From: Mytilus californianus | Lineage: Eukaryota | Reading direction: 5' to 3' | Length of the DNA stretch: 64,000 nucleotides | Assembly: GCF_021869535.1 (NCBI RefSeq) | Contig: NW_026262674.1 | Span: 1,364,001 to 1,428,000, forward strand | Shown here: one piece after another, positions 1-13,000 of the stretch | How positions within the stretch are numbered: the first letter of the stretch is position 1 | Layout: every line of letters starts with the position of its first letter | Translations under genes and position numbers: made by a program | The notes under the pieces: generated by a model | Told to the model about the DNA's origin: nothing | Database searches by the model: none | Seen by the model: the letters and a program-made list of their open reading frames with translations, nothing else

Positions 1-1140
1 TTCAGTGACTACTCGAAAAAAGTTAAGATTTTTTGTAATGTTAATTTCTTTCTTATTATGAGTAATAGGATAACTGTATTTAGTATATGCGTACCTTGCA
101 AGGTCCTGATGCCCGTCAGACAGATTTCATTTGACCTCGACCTCATTTCATGGATCAGTGAACAAAGTTAAGTTTTCGTGGTCAAGTCCATATATCAAAT
201 ACTATAAGCAGTAGGTCTACTATATTTGGTATATAGAATGATTGTAAGGTGTACATGTCCAACTGGTAGGTGTCATCTGACCCTGACCTTATTTTCATGG
301 TTCAGTGTACAAATTAAAGTTAAGTTTTTGAGTTTTGGTCTTTTTTTTTTCTAATACTATATCCACTAGGTCAACTATCATGACTATGTTTGGTGTATGG
401 AAATATTTTATGATGTACATGTCAGTCTCACAGGTTTTATTTGACCTTGACCTCATTTTCACGGTTGTTTTGGTCTGTTTTTCTTTAACTCACAAAATTG
501 TTCATAAGTGGGGGCCCACTGTCTGCCTAAGAAAGGGTCCGCTTCCATCACGCTTCAGTGATTCCCTATGTAACCAACCAAAATTTTCCCACAAAGGGGG
601 GGGGGGGGGCTGGGCCACTCCCCTAAATCCGCCTCTGACTAAAAGCAATAGATCAACTATATTTGTTGTATGGAAGGATTGAAAGGTGTATATGTCTGTC
701 TGGCAGGTATCATCTGAGCTTGACCTCATTTTCATGGTTCATTAGTCAATGTTAAGTTTTCATGGTTAAGTTTGTTTCTTAAGATACTATAAGCAATAGG
801 TCAACTATATTTAATGCATTGATTGATTGTAAGGTGTACATGTCTGTCTGGCATGGTTTATCTGACATTGACCTCATTTTCATTGTTCATTGGTCAATGT
901 TAAGTTTTTTATAGTAAAGACCGTTTCTTATAAACTATAATCAATAGGTCAACTATGTTTGGTTTATTGAATGATTGTAAGGTGTACATGTACATTGTAT
1001 TTATCTGACCTTGACGTCATTTTCTCGGATCATGTTAACTTTATGTGTTACTTGTAGTAAAGCTTTATAGTTAGGACTATAAACACAAAATCAATGGTTT
1101 GTAAAGAAGGCGAGACATGTCAGCGTGTGCACTCTTGTTT
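1..1140 (+). mobile_element. Non-autonomous interspersed repeat, family A (Helentron/HINE-like), cut by the window edge
   Basis: Internal subrepeats carrying atctgaccttgacctcattttcatggttca; 3' end aaggcgagacatgtcagcgtgtgcactcttgt. Homologous to 17000-18140, 26090-26620 and 53780-54050. Confidence 0.55.
490..637 (-). mobile_element. Short MITE nested in family A repeat
   Basis: GC-rich island ending ccctaaatccgcctctg with a G-run, interrupting the family A subrepeat; similar terminus type at 59735-60202. Confidence 0.4.
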
Positions 1141-1582
1141 TCACTTGGTTTATATTTGAAGGATTTAGCAGGACTAACAGTTTTTCAGTATCAGACAAAT
1201 TTGGAAATAAAGGATTATCTATTGCACTGTCATTAAAAAAAATCATACGTAATATATTATCAATTTGACAGTAGAGGAGAAAGTTATTTTCATTTTCTAA
1301 GGTTTTGCAAGTTAGACATGTTCTTTTGTCTCGAGGTATTTTCAGATATCTACCCTTGTATATGAGTAAATTATGATCACTTATTCTAATTTTTGTAAAT
1401 AAACGTCTAGTTTCAAAATTTGGGTTTCTTAGATAGAATTCTTGGTCTTGTTTGGCTTTAAAAAGTTTGCTATTTTCGTTTAAACTGTTTATTTTATTTC
1501 CCAGTACATCTGAATAAAAGTTGCTTGAAATATTCTTAATCCAAGTCCTAATATTTTTTACTTGAAATATAATATATGTCAA
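1091..1582 (-). pseudogene. CR1/L2-type LINE ORF2 C-terminal remnant
   Basis: RRLFTKIRISDHNLLIYKGRYLKIPRDKRTCLTCKTLENENNFLLYC resembles the post-RT Cys-containing tail of CR1/L2-group LINEs. Confidence 0.65.
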
Positions 1583-1636
1583 GTGGTATTTTTAATGAGG
1601 AGTTTAGACAAAAGATAAAAACAACATTGCAACGTG

Positions 1637-3735
1637 ACATGAACACATGCTGATGACAATTCTTTTACACTTCTGTAATATAAAGTACACATGAACACAT
1701 CCTGATGACAATTCTTTTACACATATGTAATATAATGACAATTCCTTTACACATCTGTAATATAAAGTACACATAAACACTTCCTGGTGACTGTTCTTTT
1801 ATACACCTGGAATATATAGTACACATGAACACATCCTGATGACAATTCTTTTCCAAATCTGTAATATAAACTACACATGAACACATCCTGATGACAATTC
1901 TTTTCCACATCTGTAATATCAAGTACACATGAACACATCCTGATGATAATTCTTTTACACATCTGTAATATAAAGTACACACGAACACATCCTGATGACA
2001 ATTCTTTTACACATCTGTAATATAAAGTACACATGAATACATCCTGATGACAATTGTTTTACACATCTGGAATATAAAGTACACATGAACACTTCCTGAT
2101 GACAATTCTTTTACACATCTGGAATATAAAGTACACATGAACAGCCTGATGACAATTCTTTTACACATCTGTAATATAAAGTACACATGAACACATCCTG
2201 ATGACAATTCTTTTACACACCTGGAATATAAAGTACACATGAACACATCCTGATGACGATTCTTTTACACATCTGTAATATAAGGTACACATGAACACAC
2301 CCTGATGATAATTCTTTTACACATCTGGAATATAAAGTACACTTGAACACATCCTGATGACAATTCTTTTACACATCTGGAATATAAAGTACACATGAAC
2401 ACACCCTGATGATAATTCTTTTACACATCTGGAATAAAAAGTACACATGAACACTTCCTGATGACAATTCTTTTACACATCTGGAATATAAAGTACACAT
2501 GAACACAGCCTGATGACAATTCTTTTACACATCTGTAATATAAAGTACACATGAACACATCCTGATGACAATTCTTTTACACATCTGGAATATAAAGTAA
2601 ACACGAACACAGCCTGATGACAATTCTTTTACACATCTGGAATATAAAGTACACATGAACACATCCTGATGACAATTCTTTTACACATCTGGAATATAAA
2701 AATCACATGAACACAGCCTGATGACAATTCTTTTACACATCTGTAATATAAAGTACACATGAACACACCCTGATGATAATTCTTAAACACATCTGGAATA
2801 TAAGTACACATGAACACACCCTGATGATAATTCTTTTACACATCTGGAATATAAACTACACATGAACACATCCTGATGACAATTCTTTTACACATCTGGA
2901 ATATAAAGTACACATGAACACATCCTGATGACAATTCTTTTACACATCTGTAATATAAAGTACACATGAATACTTCCTGATGACAATTCTTTTACACATC
3001 TGTAATATAAAATACACATGAACACATCCTGATGACAATTCTTTTACACATCTGTAATATAAAGTACACGTGAACAAAGCCTGATGACAATTCTTTTACG
3101 CATCTGTAACATAAAGTACACATGAACACTTCCTGATGACAATTCTTTTTCACATCTGGAATATAAAGTACATATGAACACATCCTGATGACAATTCTTT
3201 TACACATCTGTAATATAAAGTGCACATGAACACATCCTGATGACAATTCTTTTACACATCTGTAATATAAAGTACACATGAACACACCCTGATGACAATT
3301 CTTTTACACATCTGTAATATAAAGTACACATGAACACACCCTGATGTTAATTCTTTTACACATCTGGAATATAAAGTACACATGAACACATCCTGATGAC
3401 AATTCTTTTACACATCGGTAATATAAAGTACACATGAACACATCCTGATGACAATTCTTATACACATCTGTAATATAAAGTACACATGAACACACCCTGA
3501 TGACAATTGTTTTACACATCTGGAATATAAAGTACACATGAACACATCCTGATGACAATTCTTTTACACATCTGTAATATAAAGTACACATGAACACATC
3601 CTGATGACAATTCTTTTACACATCTGTAATATAAAGTACACATGAACACATCCTGATGACAAATCTTTTACACATCTGGAATATAAAGTACACATGAACA
3701 CATCATGATGCCAATTCTTTTACACATCTGGAATT
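1637..3735 (+). repeat. 52-bp tandem minisatellite, about 40 copies, probably ZF-derived
   Basis: Unit acacatctgtaatataaagtacacatgaacacatcctgatgacaattctttt; ORF-track repeats are offset by 312 = 6x52. Confidence 0.95.
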
Positions 3736-3829
3736 TATACATTTAGCTTTATTAGTTACAGATTATGTATGGATTTGGAAAATTGAGTATGCTACTTTGC
3801 TAAAATCTCATCGAAACGGTCAGTGGCAG

Positions 3830-4810
3830 TCAGAAATTACATAGACATGCCAGTCAGAACTTACTGCGAAAGTGAACACATATAAAAGTGGTGTAAGTGT
3901 GTAATGTTCCAATACCAGTCAGAACTTACAGGGACAAGTGAACACACATAAAATCAGTGGATAACAGACAGAACTCTTGAGATTGATTGATTGATTGTTG
4001 GTTTCTAAACGTCCAGTGGCACATATTTCATGTATCTTTAGGACGGGAAGTTAAAAATGTGAACACATATGAATATGGTGTAGGTGTTCAATTGGTCACT
4101 GACCGTTACAACTTACACAGACATGTGAACACTCGGAACTTACAGACATGAGAACAGTCAAAACCTACTGGCATGTAGAACTCATAGAGAAACATGAGAA
4201 TAGTCAAAACCTACTGGCAGGTAGAAGTCGTAGAGAGACATGTGGACACATTCTGGTGATAAACATAGTTAACGAGGTGTAAGCTTAAGTGGTCAATGTT
4301 TTACTGACAGCTCGAACTTACAGAAAGACATGTTTGTGATAAACCTGATGAATGTGGTGTAAGTGTTCAATATTTTACTGACAACCAGAGAACTCACAGT
4401 GTAAACACATGTTGGTGATAAACCTGATGAATGTGGTCTAAGTGTTCAATGTTTTACTGACAACCAGAGAACTCACAGTGTGAACACATGTTGGTGATAA
4501 ACCTGATGAATGTGGTGTAAGTGTTCGATGTTTTACTGACACCAGAACTCACAGTGTGAACACATGTTGGTGATAAACCTGATAAATGTGGTGTTAGTGT
4601 TCAATTTATTACTGACAACCAGAACTCAAAGTGTGAACACATGTGATAAACCTGATGAATGTGGTGTATGTGTTTAATGATTTGCTGACAACCAGAACTC
4701 ACAAAGTGAACATATGTTGGTGATAAACCTGATGAATGTGGTGTAAGTGTGTAATGTTTTACTGAAACCTAGAACTTACAGAGATCTGTGAACACATCCT
4801 GTAGATTAAA
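3830..4810 (+). repeat. Degenerate ZF-derived repeats (27-bp type, then ~78-bp type)
   Basis: Recurring tggtgataaacctgatgaatgtggtgtaagtgttcaatgttttactgaca..agaactcaca; resumes at 5250-5530; paralogous to 19790-20360 and 57090-57460. Confidence 0.75.
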
Positions 4811-5247
4811 CTACCTAGACATCATTGACATGGGAACCATCTCTTTAGGCCCCGCTGTGAATAACGTGTGGTAAAAATTTGTATCTTTACCATAGGACAT
4901 GGGGTTTTCAACTAAAAACAAATCTTTTGACCTTGACCTTTGACATAGGAAGTTGTACATATATTATGACACACCCTCTGGTGTTGGTTAATATGCATGT
5001 CAAGTATAAACTTTAAAATCATAACGGTTCTCAAGATATAGAGCGGACACGATCTTTACCATAGGACATGGGGTTGTCAACTGAAACCAAAGTTTTTGAC
5101 CTTGACCTTCGACCTAGGAATTTGTACTAACATTATGACACACCCTCTGGTGTTGGTTAATATACATGTCAAGTATAAAGTATGAAACTATAACGGACGG
5201 ACAGACTGATCACTATAGGGCGACCGCCATTCGGCGGGGCCCTAATT
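4810..5247 (-). mobile_element. HINE/pearl-like element, family B
   Basis: Two ~170-bp internal repeats, an acggacggacagac microsatellite and terminal hairpin ccgcc-attc-ggcgg; truncated paralogue at 56860-57088. Confidence 0.6.
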
Positions 5248-5639
5248 ATTATGGTATAAGTGTTCAATGTTTTACTGACAGCTAGAACTCAAAGTGTGAA
5301 CACATACTTGTCACAAATCTAATGAATGTGGTGTAAGTGTTCAATGTTTTACTGACGACTAGTCTAAGAACTTACAGAGATCTGTGAACACATTCTGGTG
5401 ATAAACTAATTAAGTGCTCCTTGTTTTACTGACAGCTCGAACTCACAGAGAGAACTGTTAACACATACTGGTTATAAACCTAATTACTAGTAATGTGGTG
5501 TAAGTGTTAATGTTTTACTGACAGCTAAAACTTACAGAGACCCTCAAAATGTAAAACAACGCAAACACCGACATCTAGAATGTGTTTTTGTTAAACTCTG
5601 AACGTTCAGTTCTCGAATGAATAAACAAAAAATACAAAC

Positions 5640-7260
5640 GAGAACACACACTTGAGATAAACTGCATAACTGTGATGTGTTTGGGAAATGATTAAGTCGG
5701 CATGATGATGGTTTACAGAGACATACGAGAACACATACATGTAATTAACCTCATGACCGTGATGTATGGTGTAAAAGGTTTTGTCAGCATGGTAATTTAC
5801 ATAGACTCATGTGAACTTATACTGGTGATAAACCTCTTGGTCGTGATGTGTGGTGTTTAGTCAGCTTGGTAAATTACAGAGACAAATAAGAATACATATA
5901 GGTGATAAGCTGCATAACTGTGATGTATGCTGTAAAAGGGTTTACTGAACATGGGAATTTTACAGAGACACATAGTGTTTCCCCTAACACACAAAAAGGG
6001 CATGGTAACTTAATTGAAAAAGGGCATCTAGAGGGCGCAAACATTTATAAAAAGGGCACCTATAGTGTATGGAAAATTAGCAAAAAGGCACCTACAGTAT
6101 GCTACAGAAAACAAAAAAGTAACAGGTAACCAGTTCAATAATTACTATATGGAACATTAGTCTAATTTAAACCTTATTTAGAAATTATTGTACATGTTCT
6201 TGATGTTGGTTGGGAGTTATTTAGTCTCATTTAAATTGTTTAGAAAAAGTGTTTTTTTAAGTGCACACTAAAGTGCTCCTATATAAGTAAGGAGTTTTAT
6301 AAATATAACAGGTGGAACAGGGGTGATATATTGATGCAATACTACATTGCATACATTGAAGAAGGTATTAACAGTTTCTTTTTTTTCTCCATAATTGTTA
6401 GAAATAAAGCATTTGTTAAGTGCTCCTATATAAGAAGGAGGATTATCAATACAAGAAGTAAAACAGGAAGTGGTGCTGTACATAAACAAATGGATAACAT
6501 GTGGACATTTTCATTCTGTATTAAATATCTAGTATTTGTTTAATTATCTTAAATCCCCTAATTAGCAGTAAACAATCATTAACAGAGGTGATAAAACTGC
6601 CAAAGGCAAGGTATTTAACTTTATCCCATGGTCAGTTAATTAGAGAGTTACACAATTAGGTAACAAGTTTACCGGAATTGCCGATGCATGGAATTTTGAA
6701 ATTTTGTTTTTTTGAAAAAGGCTTCTTTTAGGGCATTTTCGAGACAATGGCGTCATTCAAAGAAGTGAAAAAAGGGCATGGCGTCATTTATAAAGACAAA
6801 AAAGGGCATATGGCGTCACTTAAAAATGGCATGGCGTCTATCCATGCCGCAAACATGCTTGGGGAAAACACTAGACACATGAGAACACATACTGGTGATA
6901 AACATTATAAATTTTATTTATATTGTTGAAGATTCAGTTACTGTAAGAGTTATAATCAACATAGATCGATGCAAACACATACTGGTGATAAATTATCATT
7001 AATCTTTTTATGTGCTAAATAATTTTATTGGAAGAAGCGACTTATACAGAGAACACAATGACATATACTTGTGATAAACATAAAAAAATATGACGCAATG
7101 TATTATTTATTTGCTTTAAATTTGTTTTTAGAAGAAATGCCTTGAACAGACACATTTGAACAAATACAAGAACTCATCATAAAACCTTATAAAAATAATT
7201 TAGTGACCAGGGTCCAAAAACCATGAAAATAATGAAACTTAACAGACATTGGAGAACATG
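5640..7260 (+). pseudogene. Decayed C2H2 zinc-finger array interrupted by a TIR element
   Basis: 84-bp periodic remnants of CxxC, HxxxH and TGDKP codons with stops and indels; colinear with 57545-58330. Confidence 0.7.
5974..6872. mobile_element. 899-bp non-autonomous TIR element (hAT-like)
   Basis: Termini agtgtttcccc / ggggaaaacact; agacacat duplicated at 5966-5973 and 6873-6880; empty site at 57977-57984; subterminal aaaaagggca repeats. Confidence 0.85.
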
Positions 7261-7269
7261 TTATGGTGA

Positions 7270-7520
7270 TAAAACCTCATACATGTGAAGTATGGGCTAA
7301 AACCTCTTACATGTGATGTATGGGCTAAAACCTCATACATGTGAAGTATGGGCTAAAACCTCATACATGTGATGTATGGGCTAAAACCTAATACATGTGA
7401 AGTATAGGCTAAACATATTACAGTGATAGAACATCATACATGTCGCAGTGAAGTATGGTCTAAACCCTCATACATGTGAAGTATGGGATAAAACCTCATA
7501 CATGGGAAGTATAGGTTAAA
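7270..7520 (+). repeat. 28-bp minisatellite derived from the KPHTCEVCG part of a finger
   Basis: Unit aaaacctcatacatgtgaagtatgggct; paralogue at 58345-58550. Confidence 0.85.
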
Positions 7521-8245
7521 ACTAGTGGTAAGTTAATTATAATTGGTATGCAGTTGTATAAGCATTGGCATATCTCATTTCCATGGAAATTTTTTGGCCC
7601 TGCCACCTCAGTCATTGTCTATTGACTTTGAATTTTTTGCTTAGTTTTCATGTATTAGTTTGTGATTATTTCAGTTTATGGGGAACCACTAGTGGTAAGT
7701 TAATGATAATTGGTGATAATTGGTATGCAGTTGGATAAGCATTGGCATATCTCATTTCTATGGAGATTTGTTGCCCCCCCCCCCCCCCCCCTCAGTCATG
7801 GTCTATTGATTTTGAAACTTTTTCTTAGTTTTCATGTATTAGTTTGTGATTAGGTTGGTTCATGGATAACCACTAGTAGTAGGTCAATGATATTTGGTAT
7901 GCAGTTGAATAAGCATTGGCATATCTCATAACCATGGAGATTATTTGACCACGCCCCCTCAGTTATGGTTTATTGACTTTGAAATTTTGCTTAGTTTACA
8001 TCATGTATTAGTTTGTGTTTAGGCCTGTTTAAAGGGAACTCTTTATGATAAGTCAATGGTAATTGTTATACAGTTGTATTAGCATTGGCACATCTCATTT
8101 CTATGGAGTTTGTTTAGCCATGTACTTTCAGTCATGGTTCATTGACTTTGAATATTTTCAAAGCTTACATGTTAAAGTGTTGCTATTTTAATTTCAACAT
8201 TTGCATTATCGAAATTACAAAAAAGCGAGACATATCTCTGTGATA
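7520..8245 (+). mobile_element. 5'-truncated interspersed repeat with ~185-bp internal repeats (HINE-like)
   Basis: Three to four copies of attggtatgcagttgtataagcattggcatatctcattt; ends aaaagcgagacatatctctgtgataacagttt; absent from the paralogous segment. Confidence 0.5.
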
Positions 8246-8379
8246 ACAGTTTATGTTTCAATTTGTTGGTTTAAGGATTTCTTATGTGAAACGGATTCTG
8301 GTTGGTCGGAACGGGTATTTTTATACTAGATGATATCATGTACTAGTATATTACGACCAAGGTCGGAAAAGATATATCT

Positions 8380-9135
8380 TAAGGACTACCAACTCGCTCA
8401 ACTTATGAGAAGGAAGTTTAATCCCGACACATAGAGGTTTGCCAACACGCCCTCTTATGAAAAAATCCCCAACATATTTTTTATACCAACTCGCCCCACT
8501 TATGAAAGGAGTTTAATCCCATTAAATAAAGGTCTGCCAACTCGCCCCACATATCATCGGAAAATTAAAGGAGAATAAAATCTTACTGCATTAAGGACTA
8601 CAAATTCGCCAATCTTAAGAAAAGGTGTCAAAGAATAAAATCGTGAAGCATTACTGAAGGACTACCAACTCAACCCACTTATAAAAAGGAGTTGAATCTC
8701 GACAAAAAGGGTCTGCCAACTCGTCCTCTTATGAAAAGGAGTCAGTTAATCACATTGAATGAAGGTCTACAAACTCGCCCCACTATCGGAAGAAATTAAA
8801 CCGCAATGAATTTTAAAAGGCCTACCAACTCGCCCTACCTAAAAATTAAATCAAAATTGATGAAAACCTTAGAAATACTCCTCAATTTGTTTTACTATTT
8901 TTCAGGAAGAGGTAATTATCCTCAAGTAATTATCAGCCTTTCTAAGTGTGGCGTACGATGTGATAATCATTGAACATGTAACTGGGACAAGCTGGCAGGA
9001 CTAAATTCGTTGGGATATAACTCTTTTTATAAGTCAGGCGAGCTGGTAGTACTACATTGAACGGGAAATTAACCCTTTTTCACAAGTGGGGCGAGCTGGT
9101 GGAAAAGTGTGGCGATTTTGTATTGGTGCGAGTTT
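8380..9135. repeat. Element with arrays of ccaactcgccc, inverted at the right end (foldback-like)
   Basis: ccaactcgccc motifs at 8385-8840 and ggcgagctgg/gcgagtt motifs at 9035-9135; left arm paralogue at 59030-59720. Confidence 0.5.
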
Positions 9136-9296
9136 TGTTTCCTTCGTAATAATGCTGATTTCTTTCCCTTGACTCATTTTAACCCTTGTAGAGAAAGTTA
9201 CATTATGTAAGTTTATCAGTAAACAACGATTTATCTTATTTTTTATAAGCTGAAATGCTAAATAATCTCAATGCTGTTATAAAGTAAAAACTAATA

Positions 9297-10258
9297 GGCA
9301 CTGGCTACGGTTACATGGAAATGTAACAATAATAATTAAAATAATTATTGTTACATTGAGACTAATTGCCGGAATACAGGGTTGGGCAAGGAACCGATTA
9401 ATTACGAATGTGACAATAATATTTGTGTCTCCGGTTACATAATTTGCGTTATTGTTACATTAAAGAATGCCATCAAAATAAAGATCTTAAACTTTAACCT
9501 TCTATAGTTTTGTTGCTTAATTCTTTGATATGAACTAGATAATATTTGTAATAATGATAATAATAAATTATTATAATATTATTTATATTCAACAAATTGT
9601 GTTTACATACATGACATAGTTTTAAGTATTAATTGTTTTGATGTTCTTAAAGATACAGTGCCGAAGGCGAAAAATTGTTCTATGGTTCCTTGTTAAGAAC
9701 TTGGACTGTGAAAAGTGTAAACTTCTATGCATTTAACTGCACACCTACCCTTATTACTGTCGCTATACTTTGAACAATGGACATGATGGATGAAGTGTTT
9801 TGGGTGAAAAAATTAAAACTTCGGATACGCTTTAATAAATCGAAACTAAAACAATATCAAGACTCAAATTTTTAACTTAAAAAAAGTGCAGAATGGAATT
9901 GAACAGTATGCATGCAAATTCAGCAATATACAAACGTGCACAATGCCCGGCATCACTGGGTTGAAATGGCTGCTTGGAGTGGTTTCACCAAAAATGCGTC
10001 GGACTAAAACATCGCTCCAAAAACAACATACTGGATTTGTAGAAACTGTCATTGTAAATAAAAAATTTAGTACCATCGTACATTGCTGTGCATTGATGAC
10101 GATGTAACAATAACGCAATGTAACCGTAGACACAAATATTATTGTTACGTTCGTAATTATTCGGTTCCTTACCCAACCCTGCATTCCGGCAATTAGTCTC
10201 CAATGTAACAATAATTTTTTTATTATTGTTACATTTCCATGTAACCGTAGCCAGTGCC
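9297..10258. mobile_element. 962-bp non-autonomous Mutator-like element
   Basis: About 160-bp TIRs (9297-9460 and 10102-10258) starting ggcactggctacgg; 9-bp TSD aaactaata at 9288-9296 and 10259-10267. Confidence 0.85.
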
Positions 10259-10399
10259 AAACTAATAAGCAATTTACTTACAGTAAACATATTTGTCATT
10301 TAAATAACCATGAACTCCAAGTAGATCTACTCATCTAGACGCGGCAGCTAGTTGCCTTTGGAGAGGGATTGGCTGATGGCTTAGTTTCCATCCAGATAA

Positions 10400-11270
10400 A
10401 TGTACTGTGCTATCTGTCACCAAAAAGACACAACCTATACAGCACAACTATATTTTAAATGGTCATACACTTGAATTAGTAACATCTGTCATCAGCTAAG
10501 TACCTTGGTACACACTAGTCAATACAGTCAAACCTTCATGGGATAAACATATAAACGACATTACATCCAATGGTAACACACCACTGGGTTTTCTAAAACG
10601 AAATCTAAAAAACAACAAACCCAGGCATACCAAGCACTAGTCCGAGATTACTATTATTACTATTATTACGACCCCAGCTTGTCTGGCAAAACAGCCCTTG
10701 GACGTCAGAGTAATCTCGGACTAACCAAGCACTCGTCCGACATAAACCAGTCTGTGCCAAACTTGAAATTTGAATTTTTCTACTATATATTCAACCAAAA
10801 AATCCTAAAAATTCTGTCTGAACGAATGATTTTTTGTCTGACATTTTGTCGGTCTGACAGACAGAGTTTGGGATACACTGCCAACTTGAATAATCTTGTT
10901 CTGTTTGGGACCCTCACACAACCGAATCGGTATCCAAAATTGAGATGGTCCAATGACGAGCTGCTAGGTATGTCTGCAATAAATATCATAATACAAGTAG
11001 TGTTACAAACATGCTCACAACATTAAATGTACCATCACTAGCAGAACACAGGCTACACACAAGATTGGTATACTAGTAATGATGTACAAAATATCATTCC
11101 ATCTTGTTGCCACAATGCTATTCCATCAGTCATACGTACATAATCATATATACTCATAAAAGCAGACTCAAGAACTAGAAAAAAATCATCCACTCTCATA
11201 TAGGCACATTCATACATCTAAGGAAGGACTCCTACAGATATTAATACTTTCTGTGTACAATACCAGTGGA
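10400..11270 (+). pseudogene. Degenerate CR1/L2-type LINE, RT C-terminal region
   Basis: Broken-frame translation gives LSVTKKTQPIQHNYILNGHTLE, KYLG, WDKHINDI, LGFLKRNL, AYQALVR and AARYVCNKYHNTSSVTNML. Confidence 0.7.
10638..10723. mobile_element. 86-bp MITE with TAG...CTA termini and 9-bp TSD
   Basis: TIR tagtccgagattact / agtaatctcggacta; TSD accaagcac at 10629-10637 and 10724-10732; removing it restores LINE codons AYQALVR; a right-half copy lies at about 16933-16990. Confidence 0.8.
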
Positions 11271-13000
11271 AACTGCTCCCTGTGGTACTTTCATTCCACT
11301 GCGTTTTTATTCCGGGTAGCTGTTTTTCACTAGAGAATATTGGATGTAAATAGTGTGAAAGCGTCAATCTTGGTATCATTGTTTTTGTTTATATTCATGA
11401 TATTAGACCGGTTTATTGTTAACATAAATAAATGGGTTAAAATTAGATTTTCAAGGAACCAGTTTAATTAATCTGAGTCAATCTAGCCAGGGACTTTCTA
11501 TACTAAGAGAAATATATAGAAAGTCCCTGATCTAGCGAATAATCATGATTGATGATGATGAGGAGGATATTTTTATAACTTAAAATACTTTCAACAATAA
11601 TCAAGACATAAAACTTGATATAAACCAAAGAGCAGATGTGTTCTTACAGAAAGTTTCAATTATAGATATTGACATAGAAGATATGATTTAATCTCCAAGT
11701 CAACCCGCGAATACACAGAAAAACTTCGGCAATTTAGTACATATACAAATAACAATTAGTGATAATTTAAAAGTATATGCCAATTTTATAGATTTACATA
11801 GAAATATTATTTAAATCTTATTCGTTAATAAGAATTATCATTGTGTTATCTTGTGTTTAAAATGAGTACTAAAACACTTCATCAATGTATGGATCTAAAG
11901 CACTTGAGTAATCAATCCCGGTATAAAATAACTAGTGCTATCATTCCAGTACAAAATCACTAGTGAAATCATTCCTGGTTCAAAAGCAATAGTGTGGACA
12001 TTCCGTGGATGAAAACTCACCATTTATTACATAAATCAACTTTGCAAGTTTCGAATACATCAAAAAATATCAATAAGCCCAATTTTATATATATTTCCCC
12101 TTCAAAAAAACTTTTTTAGAACCTTATAATGACTGGTGGATGTTTTATCGGATAAAAGAAAAAAGTGATTTTTTGTTGGTGGATAAAAATCACTAGGTAT
12201 TTTATTCCTCCGGATAAAGTGCACTGGCGGAATCAAACCACTGTTACAGTACTACATTTGTAGGTCAGGCCCAATCCATTGATAGATTCAGGGAACAGTA
12301 GATTCAGGGAACAGCTCACTTCAGCTGTTCACTGTTCTATTAATTAATAGCATTAATTAAGATTGTACACAGTTTTAATCACAAATTTGATATTTTCATT
12401 GCCTAATTTTGTAAATAGTTCACGTATGAGAACAATATGTAATCATCAGATGTCGATGGAATATTGTATACCAAAAGAAGAAGATGATAACATATTTTAC
12501 AGAATTTTATTTGGTTTTCAAACATTCTTTTAACACATTCAACATGTTCAATGTGACATACTTTCTCAGTTGTTAGTTCAAGTTAATATAAATGAAACTA
12601 GAATTGAATGCCTGAATGAAAATGAATGAAATATTTAAATTTATATTTGATTTATGCCATTCATCTTGTGTTTTTGTGTGTGCAATTTATGAAAAAAATA
12701 ATGGTAACAATATTTATTTGAGTGCTCTGACGAATTTTAATCCATTTGACGCTATTGATAGCTGAAAATGACTGTTATCTCCTGACAGTAAAGGGCATAA
12801 CTACGTACCTTCATATATAGTATTGTAGTAGTAAAACTACCCTAACATGTAGATGCTTAAATGTAGAATATGTTGTAATTCACCAAAACAGTGTATACAA
12901 TATATATATATATATTTTAAAGATAATTTACTAGGAAGGTTTAAAATGGTTTAAGTCTTAACTTTTTTGTGTTTCTTACAGAGATAAACCTATTATAAGG

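Noticed and set aside
1665-3597. Cys-rich minus-strand ORFs
   Set aside because: They are translations of the 52-bp satellite, whose period is not a multiple of 3.
1637-3735. ctgatga in each 52-bp unit as a hammerhead core, or the array as a CRISPR
   Set aside because: There is no stem II or GAAA after the motif, no unique spacers, and the context is eukaryotic.
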